Positions 58,444 to 64,000 of a stretch of DNA of 64,000 bases are shown piece after piece. Numbering within the stretch: position 1 is the first letter of the stretch; every line of letters starts with the position of its first letter. The notes under the pieces were generated by a model that was given only the letters and a program-made list of their open reading frames with translations, was not told the DNA's origin and made no database searches. The stretch comes from Cyclobacteriaceae bacterium (GTDB lineage: Bacteria > Bacteroidota > Bacteroidia > Cytophagales > Cyclobacteriaceae). The DNA lies in contig JBGAKL010000006.1 in NCBI GenBank assembly GCA_044224375.1, positions 198,018-262,017 on the forward strand. Direction: 5' to 3'. Made by a program: the position numbers and the translations under genes.

Positions 58444-58495
58444 TTCTTCCTTCTTTCTTCTTTCTTCTTACTTCTTACTTCTTTCTTCTTTCTTC
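58444..58495. repeat. Tandem heptanucleotide repeat, about 7.4 copies of TTCTTNC
   Basis: TTCTTCC TTCTTTC TTCTTTC TTCTTAC TTCTTAC TTCTTTC TTCTTTC TTC, read directly. It lies 66 nt upstream (coding sense) of the four-helix-bundle gene. Confidence 0.9.
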
Positions 58496-58582
58496 GAAAC
58501 CCGTTAATTCTGAGGAAGAATGACGATTTTAGCAGGCTAGTGTAACAAGCTGGTTCTCCCAGGCGTCTAGCCCTTGTAATTG

Positions 58583-59095
58583 ATGGACTTGGAAACGTTC
58601 CAAACTCGTGTCTTTCCCGTAAAAAACAAGCTTTTCCGGTTTGCTTTCCGCATGTTGGGGAGCAGCGAAGAGGCCAAAGATGTCGTTCAGGAAGTATTTA
58701 TCAAGATCTGGAACGGGCGGGATCAACTGGAAGGCATACAGAACATGGAGGCATGGTGCATGCGCATTACGAAAAATCTGTCGTTGGACAGGCTTCGTCA
58801 GCAGCAGCGCCGGCCCACGGATGACCTCGAGAAGGGATTCTACGTCCAACACGGAGCATTGTCGCCACACGACTCCACTGAAATGAAAGAAAATATGACA
58901 CGCATCGGCGAACTGATGGATTCCCTTCCGGAAAAACAACGGCATGTCATGCATCTCCGAGATGTGGAAGGCTACAGCTACAATGAAATCTGCGAGATCC
59001 TGGAACTGGATATGAGCCAGGTGAAAGTCAATCTATTCCGCGCACGGAATGCGGTGCGTGAGAAACTACAAAAATTAAATGCTTATGGACTCTAA
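58583..59095 (+). CDS. ECF-subfamily RNA polymerase sigma-70 factor
   Basis: ...AKDVVQEVFIKIW... (region 2) and ...HLRDVEGYSYNEICEIL... (region 4). Confidence 0.9.
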   Translation: MDLETFQTRVFPVKNKLFRFAFRMLGSSEEAKDVVQEVFIKIWNGRDQLEGIQNMEAWCMRITKNLSLDRLRQQQRRPTDDLEKGFYVQHGALSPHDSTEMKENMTRIGELMDSLPEKQRHVMHLRDVEGYSYNEICEILELDMSQVKVNLFRARNAVREKLQKLNAYGL

Positions 59096-59597
59096 GACCA
59101 TAGAAGCGCTGCTGGAAAAATATTGGAACGCCGACACGACTCTCGAAGAAGAGGAGCAGCTCAAAGAATATTTTGCCGGCGCAAACGTCCCTGATAATAT
59201 GCAGTCGGCTGCGGCCTTGTTTCGTTTTTTTGATGATGAAAAAAATAAATCTCTGGGAGAAAATTTTGAAACGGCTGTAACAAAGGAATTGCGTAAGCGT
59301 CGTGAGGGAAAGGTGATCAGTATGGTAAGTTTCAGAAACGTCACACGCATTGCTGCAGGAATCGTTGTCGTGGTGGCTGCGACTTACTTCATACGCAATG
59401 AGATCAGGAAATCGTATCCACAGGAGCTCCAGGATACTTATTCCGATCCGCAAATGGCCTTCGAGGAAACAAAGAAAGCACTGATGATGATTTCGAACAG
59501 CTTCGGCAAAGCGAAACATGAGACCGGAAAGATCAAGATGTTTAACGATGCAGAAAAGAAGATTCAAACCAAGTCAAACGAGAAAGCAAACATTTAA
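59079..59597 (+). CDS. Putative anti-sigma factor (single-pass membrane protein)
   Basis: Overlaps the sigma gene by 17 nt. Has an N-terminal helical segment ...EALLEKYWNADTTLEEEEQLKEYF and a TM segment IAAGIVVVVAATYFI. Confidence 0.55.
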   Translation: MLMDSKTIEALLEKYWNADTTLEEEEQLKEYFAGANVPDNMQSAAALFRFFDDEKNKSLGENFETAVTKELRKRREGKVISMVSFRNVTRIAAGIVVVVAATYFIRNEIRKSYPQELQDTYSDPQMAFEETKKALMMISNSFGKAKHETGKIKMFNDAEKKIQTKSNEKANI

Positions 59598-59610
59598 TAA
59601 TTGAAATCGT

Positions 59611-59641
59611 CCCGATCCCGATAGCAATCGGGACTATCGGG
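59611..59641. repeat. Nested copy of the CCCGAT...ATCGGG palindrome family
   Basis: CCCGAT CCCGATAGCAATCGGG ACTATCGGG. The inner and outer stems were read directly. Confidence 0.7.
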
Positions 59642-59662
59642 AGAAAAATTAAACTAACGAAT

Positions 59663-60244
59663 ATGAAAAAGTTAATGATCGGAGCGGTGGTGATGGTAAT
59701 GTCGCTTGCCGCACAGGCGCAAAGTGATGCAATCGCCAGTTTCTTCAATAAATACCAGGACGACGAATCATTCACACAGGTGACGGTTAGTAGCAAGATG
59801 TTCAGTCTGTTTACGAACATGGAAGTTAAAAGCCCGGAAGACCAGGAAGTGCTGAATGCGATAAGCAAGTTGAAGGGATTGCGGATCCTGGCAAAAGAAA
59901 ATACAAGCGATGCAAAAGGCTTGTACAAAGAGGCAATGGGGATCCTGCCGGTAAAGACATATGAAGAGCTGATGTCTGTTCGTGATGACGGCAAGGACAT
60001 GAAGTTCTTTATTAAGGAAGTAAAGCCGGGAACGATCGGTGAGTTGGTGATGATCGCTGGAGGTAATGACGATTTTGCGATGCTGACGCTCTTTGGTGAG
60101 ATTGATCTCAAGCAGATCAGTAAGATCGGAAGCAAGATGGACATCGATGGATTGAACCACCTTAGGAAACTTGATAAGAACGGCAAGGACGGCGGCAAAG
60201 AGAATAGCAAGGAAAACGCCAAAGAAAAGAAGAACGACGAGTAA
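59663..60244 (+). CDS. DUF4252-type secreted protein, paralogue 1
   Basis: 193 aa with a signal peptide, ...FFNKYQDDESFTQVTVSSKMFSLF... and a Lys/Glu-rich tail. Confidence 0.68.
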   Translation: MKKLMIGAVVMVMSLAAQAQSDAIASFFNKYQDDESFTQVTVSSKMFSLFTNMEVKSPEDQEVLNAISKLKGLRILAKENTSDAKGLYKEAMGILPVKTYEELMSVRDDGKDMKFFIKEVKPGTIGELVMIAGGNDDFAMLTLFGEIDLKQISKIGSKMDIDGLNHLRKLDKNGKDGGKENSKENAKEKKNDE

Positions 60245-60256
60245 ACACTTACGTTC

Positions 60257-60838
60257 ATGAAGAAATTACTTATCCTCCTCGCACTGGTGATTGCAACCGC
60301 AGAACTTCGCGCCCAGGCGAAAGCAACAGAAGCATTGCAGGCGACTTTTGATAAGTCGCTTGCATTGTATTTCTACAAGAACACACTCAGGATGCTGAAT
60401 CAGACGGAGAACAAAGAGTTTGATGATATGATCAGGAACATCGAAAAACTTAAATTCCTGATGATTGACAAGGAGTCGAAACAATTCGGGTCCAATGAAT
60501 ACAAGAAACTCAAGCTGGACTATCAGTCGGAGCACTTTGAGTCCGTGATGACCAGTCGTTACCAGGGACGGAACTTTGATGTATTCTACAACGATAAGAA
60601 GGGATCAACGCCTGGAACGGTCGTATTGGTCAATGATTCCAGCAGCCTTTACGTCCTGGACATTGTCGGAACGATCGATGTATCAAAGGCCGGCGCACTG
60701 TTTTCGTCTCTTGATGAAAGCTCAGATATCGGCCGGAAGATCAAAGACTTTGTTGGCCGGAAAGACCGTCGCCACAAGTTCGATCAGGACGGCGATGAAG
60801 GTGAAGACGATAAAGGCGACAAGAAGTCAGACCATTAA
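60257..60838 (+). CDS. DUF4252-type secreted protein, paralogue 2
   Basis: 193 aa with a signal peptide, the same length and architecture, and an acidic/basic tail. Confidence 0.65.
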   Translation: MKKLLILLALVIATAELRAQAKATEALQATFDKSLALYFYKNTLRMLNQTENKEFDDMIRNIEKLKFLMIDKESKQFGSNEYKKLKLDYQSEHFESVMTSRYQGRNFDVFYNDKKGSTPGTVVLVNDSSSLYVLDIVGTIDVSKAGALFSSLDESSDIGRKIKDFVGRKDRRHKFDQDGDEGEDDKGDKKSDH

Positions 60839-60849
60839 CATTATAGAAG

Positions 60850-61764
60850 TTGGAAAACGTACTTTCGATTCAGGGACTTACAAAAAACTTCGGAAGGCTC
60901 TGCGCTGTCAACAACCTCAATCTGGAAGTTAATCGCGGAGAGGTATTTGGTATGCTCGGGCCCAATGGCAGCGGCAAGACAACAACACTCGGCATGCTGA
61001 TGGGAGTGATCAATCCTACAGCGGGCAATTTTTCCTGGTTTAGTCAGCCTCCGACACACCTCATGCGCAAGAAGATCGGTGCAGTCCTGGAGCATCCGAT
61101 TTTTTATCCTTACCTCAGCGGACAAAAGAATCTTGAATTAATGGCGATGATTAAGGAGGCGCCCGCATCGAACATACCGAAGGTATTGGAGCTTGTTGAG
61201 TTGGACGCACGTAGAAATGATAAGTATCGGACATATTCCCTGGGGATGAAGCAACGCCTCGCGATAGCTTCTGCATTACTGAATGATCCCATTGTGCTGA
61301 TTTTGGATGAACCTACGAACGGGCTTGACCCCATGGGCATAGCTGAGATCAGGGAGATCATCAAACGGATCGCAACGGACGGCAAGACTATTATTTTGGC
61401 GAGCCACCTGCTCGACGAAGTGCAGAAAGTATGTTCACATTTTGCGGTGCTGAGAAAGGGAAATCTTGTGCATGCAGGTGCTGTGGATGAAGTTGGAAAA
61501 GGTGAGGAGACTGTCGAAGTGGTGGCGTTCCATGATGATTTGGGAATGATCCTGGAAAGTTTTGCTGGCTCCGCCGCAGTAAAAAAGGATAACCAGCAGT
61601 TTGTTGTCAGGATGAGAGAAAACTTCCATAGCCAGGACCTTAACCGTTATCTGTTTGAGAAAGGGATTGTGGCCACTCACCTGGTGACACAAAAGAAGAG
61701 CCTCGAGAAACAATTTTTGGAAATTTTAGCCGAAGCGGAGCATGCTGCACTTGTTAAAAATTGA
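60850..61764 (+). CDS. ABC transporter ATP-binding protein
   Basis: Walker A GPNGSGKTT, signature YSLGMKQRL, Walker B ILDEPTNGLD. TTG start. Confidence 0.9.
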   Translation: MENVLSIQGLTKNFGRLCAVNNLNLEVNRGEVFGMLGPNGSGKTTTLGMLMGVINPTAGNFSWFSQPPTHLMRKKIGAVLEHPIFYPYLSGQKNLELMAMIKEAPASNIPKVLELVELDARRNDKYRTYSLGMKQRLAIASALLNDPIVLILDEPTNGLDPMGIAEIREIIKRIATDGKTIILASHLLDEVQKVCSHFAVLRKGNLVHAGAVDEVGKGEETVEVVAFHDDLGMILESFAGSAAVKKDNQQFVVRMRENFHSQDLNRYLFEKGIVATHLVTQKKSLEKQFLEILAEAEHAALVKN

Positions 61765-62545
61765 TTTAAAGAAACTCATCGACTACCGCACGTTCTGGAT
61801 TATTTGCGGACTCTATTTCTTTACCCTGATCACGGGAACAGCGAGCGGTATGGAATTCCTGAAATGGATAGGAAGGACGTTTGAGGACTTTGGGCAGGAA
61901 ATCAATATCAACCGAATCCCACTTTACCATTTTCCTGATATCTGGCAAAACCTAGCCTGGTCGGCCGGGCTGTTGAAGATGGGAATCGCTATCATGGTAG
62001 TGATCTCCATAACCAACGAATTTACCTACCGGACGATCCGCCAGAACATAATTGACGGGTTGAGCCGGGAGCAATTTCTGATATCGAAAGTACTGACGAA
62101 CGTGCTGTTGGCGGCACTGAGCACGGTTGTTGTGTTCCTGATCGCAACCGTAACCGGGTTCATATACTCGCCGGGGTTTGATTTTCCATATGGCCTCACT
62201 GGCGTGGAATTTTTCCTGGCGTATTTTCTCGAAGTATTTTCGTTTCTCTCCTTCTCTTTGATGCTGGGCATGCTCCTTCAGCGATCTGGTTTGACTATCG
62301 TGGTGTTGCTCAATTCTTACCTGATCGAGCTTATTCTTAAAAAGAACCTCGATGATCTCGTGCCTGGACTCATTCCCTTTTTCCCGCTTGAATCGATAAT
62401 GAACCTGGTACCGCTACCCTTCGCCCGGTACGCATTTCAGGAAATCAGGGATTATCTGACATTCGGTTCTATTGCGATTGCACTGATGTGGGCGTTCTTG
62501 TTCAACTACTTTTCGTATTTGAAGCTGAAAAAGTCGGACATCTGA
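61742..62545 (+). CDS. ABC-2-type transporter permease
   Basis: 267 aa with six hydrophobic segments. Overlaps the ATPase gene by 23 nt. Confidence 0.7.
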   Translation: MLHLLKIDLKKLIDYRTFWIICGLYFFTLITGTASGMEFLKWIGRTFEDFGQEININRIPLYHFPDIWQNLAWSAGLLKMGIAIMVVISITNEFTYRTIRQNIIDGLSREQFLISKVLTNVLLAALSTVVVFLIATVTGFIYSPGFDFPYGLTGVEFFLAYFLEVFSFLSFSLMLGMLLQRSGLTIVVLLNSYLIELILKKNLDDLVPGLIPFFPLESIMNLVPLPFARYAFQEIRDYLTFGSIAIALMWAFLFNYFSYLKLKKSDI

Positions 62546-62576
62546 GAAGTGAAGAGCTCCCCGATCAAATTTCTGG

Positions 62577-62584
62577 TACCTTTG
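62577..62584 (+). promoter_or_regulatory. Candidate -7 element TAccTTTG for the SemiSWEET gene
   Basis: Exact TAnnTTTG match, 22 nt upstream of ATG 62607. Confidence 0.35.
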
Positions 62585-62606
62585 CGCAAATTCTACGCGT
62601 GCATTC

Positions 62607-62864
62607 ATGGAACCAGTTCAATTCTTAGGTCTGTTGGCGGGATCGCTTACTACGATTGCTTTTGTGCCCCAGGTTGTTAAAACCTATCAAAGCAGGTCTG
62701 CTAAAGATCTTTCACTTGGAATGTTTCTCATTTTCTGTTCGGGCACAGCTTTGTGGCTCTCGTATGGCATTATCAGAGAAGACATCCCTGTTATAACGGC
62801 CAATGCGTTAACACTTGCTTTGTCAGCTGTACTGGTATTTTTTAAGTTCCGATTCAAGGACTAG
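62607..62864 (+). CDS. SemiSWEET / PQ-loop (MtN3-like) three-TM transporter
   Basis: 85 aa with three TM segments and PQ motif ...IAFVPQVVKTYQSRSAKDLS... Confidence 0.8.
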   Translation: MEPVQFLGLLAGSLTTIAFVPQVVKTYQSRSAKDLSLGMFLIFCSGTALWLSYGIIREDIPVITANALTLALSAVLVFFKFRFKD

Positions 62865-62865
62865 G

Positions 62866-63783
62866 TCAGGCTTCGCAGGTATCGGCCGAGCACGATTCAT
62901 TCTCCCGTTCAGTTTCGAGGGTAACATGCTGGATATTATTGTGCTCGAGCTCGTGACGCAGATCGTGTTTGATTCTCAGCTCTTGCTCGTGCGATACATT
63001 TTCTTTCAAGACGACGTGAGCCGTCATCGCATTTTCTGTCGAGCTGATTGCCCAAATATGAATGTGATGGATGCCGGAAACCCCCTCCATTTGTAGCGCT
63101 TTTGACTTTACTTTGTCCATTTGAATGTTTTCCGGGACACCGTCCAGCGACAGGCGGAGACTTTCCTTGAGCAATTGCCAGGTGCTGAAAAGAATGACAA
63201 TGGCGATGACGATGCTGAGTGCATTGTCGATCCAGTTCCAATGTGTATAATAAATGATCATGCCACCAACGACGATCCCCGCAGAAACGAGCGCATCGCT
63301 TAGCAGGTGGAGGTAAGCACTTTTTATATTAATGTCTTTGTCTTTTTCACGAAAAAAAAGAATCGCCGAAATGGAATTGATAAGTATTCCCACTCCCGCC
63401 ACGATGGCGATTGTCATGCCGGGGAGCGGTTCGGGTTCGGGTCGAAGCGACTTATGAACTGCTTCAAAAGCGATGCCGCCAATAGAAACCAGGAGTATCA
63501 CCGAATTGAACAGCGCGACGAGTATCGAGGTCTTTCTATAGCCATAGGTGTATTGATCGTTAGGTTTTACTTTGAGCAGACGGAAAGCGAGAAGCGAAAG
63601 GGCCAGCGTTCCAACGTCTGCCAGGTTGTGGGCTGCATCAGAAAGGAGCGACAAGGAATTGACGACGAAACCGGCAACAGCTTCCGCCAGCACGAAAACA
63701 AAATTCAAAACAATGCCGAAGACAAAAGCGGCATTTACTTTTGAAAGAGTGACGGGCTGATGATTGTTGTGGTCGTGCGCCAT
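62866..63783 (-). CDS. Cation diffusion facilitator family transporter (CzcD/ZitB-like)
   Basis: 305 aa, ...LLSDAAHNLADV...HLLSDALVS... with a His-rich N-terminus. Confidence 0.92.
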   Translation of the reverse strand: MAHDHNNHQPVTLSKVNAAFVFGIVLNFVFVLAEAVAGFVVNSLSLLSDAAHNLADVGTLALSLLAFRLLKVKPNDQYTYGYRKTSILVALFNSVILLVSIGGIAFEAVHKSLRPEPEPLPGMTIAIVAGVGILINSISAILFFREKDKDINIKSAYLHLLSDALVSAGIVVGGMIIYYTHWNWIDNALSIVIAIVILFSTWQLLKESLRLSLDGVPENIQMDKVKSKALQMEGVSGIHHIHIWAISSTENAMTAHVVLKENVSHEQELRIKHDLRHELEHNNIQHVTLETERENESCSADTCEA

Positions 63784-63791
63784 TTGAATGG

Positions 63792-63799
63792 CAAAATTA
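63792..63799 (-). promoter_or_regulatory. Candidate -7 element TAatTTTG for the CDF gene
   Basis: The reverse complement of CAAAATTA is an exact TAnnTTTG match ending 8 nt before the start codon. Confidence 0.35.
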
Positions 63800-63894
63800 C
63801 CAACATGCGCACGCGTTAAGAATTAAATGTCAATGAATTTACTGCTGTTGCAACATTGCTACTTAAAATTCTTCACCTTTACTGCAACTATGTT

Positions 63895-64000
63895 TCAGAA
63901 TGAGCCCTTCAGGAGCGCTTCGTAAGGATCGCCAGGCAGTTTAAGGGCCAGGGCAAACGCAGGTTCCGTTTTCATGCCGTGGCGTTTCATATCGAGAATT
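63895..64000 (-). CDS. 3' end of an unidentified gene (truncated by the window edge)
   Basis: Minus-strand frame is open from the window edge: ...[34 protein letters not shown], stop TGA at 63895-63897. No family recognised. Confidence 0.25.
   Translation of the reverse strand, partial: ILDMKRHGMKTEPAFALALKLPGDPYEALLKGSF

Noticed and set aside
58444-58495. Considered whether the heptamer array or other tandem tracts could be a CRISPR array
   Set aside because: The units are 7 nt with no spacers, no cas genes are present, and the array does not fit CRISPR repeat-spacer geometry.
57977-58495. Considered a diversity-generating retroelement, because PF05635 proteins are Avd homologues
   Set aside because: No reverse transcriptase ORF and no template/variable repeat pair are visible in the window.
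58529-58954. 141-aa minus-strand ORF opposite the ECF sigma factor
   Set aside because: It is a shadow ORF. The plus-strand product has clear sigma-70 region 2 and region 4 motifs.
59542-60258. 238-aa minus-strand ORF opposite the DUF4252 gene
   Set aside because: Its translation is low-complexity and Ser/Leu/Phe-rich, mirroring the Lys/Glu-rich sense gene. It is a shadow ORF.

Overview
This is a Bacteroidota-type chromosomal segment. That assignment is an inference from TAnnTTTG -7 promoter motifs, the lack of Shine-Dalgarno spacing, the gene order, and an ECF/DUF4252 module.

nt 729-15377 hold a nearly complete ribosomal-protein supercluster, rplC through rplQ in S10-spc-alpha order, including secY, map, infA, rpmJ and rpoA. 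rpmD and rpmJ fall below the ORF-track size cutoff and were found by hand. The cluster starts with rplC; rpsJ is absent from its usual position.

Downstream come carA, eno and about 45 kb of housekeeping and envelope genes:
- Metabolism: an Ldh2-family dehydrogenase, Ppx/GppA, two acyl-CoA carboxyltransferases, an M42 peptidase, aroA, aroB, proline dehydrogenase, lysS, folB and dtd.
- Envelope: an LptD-like protein, an amidase, MlaD and an OmpA-family protein.
- Other: a PPTase, a WD40 protein with DivIVA, an S9 peptidase, an amidohydrolase, a DOPA-dioxygenase-like enzyme, an ECF sigma/anti-sigma/2xDUF4252/ABC cluster, a SemiSWEET and a CDF transporter.

No rRNA, tRNA, CRISPR array, transposase or integrase was recognised.

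The most interesting observations are:
1. A tandem pair of prokaryotic pentameric ligand-gated ion-channel homologues (47957-49834).
2. Two PF05635-type four-helix-bundle (23S-IVS/Avd-like) genes, each sitting between purine-rich and pyrimidine-rich inverted arms. In the intact copy the arms are built from heptanucleotide units. The other copy is frameshifted at an A6 run.
3. The same heptamer-phased inverted-arm architecture without a gene in several spacers, including the rplC and rpsM leaders.
4. An 85-nt insertion inside the spc operon that carries a promoter-like motif and a perfect 20-nt palindrome.
5. Several short intergenic repeat families.

All functional calls rest on reading the translated motifs by eye. 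No database search was run.
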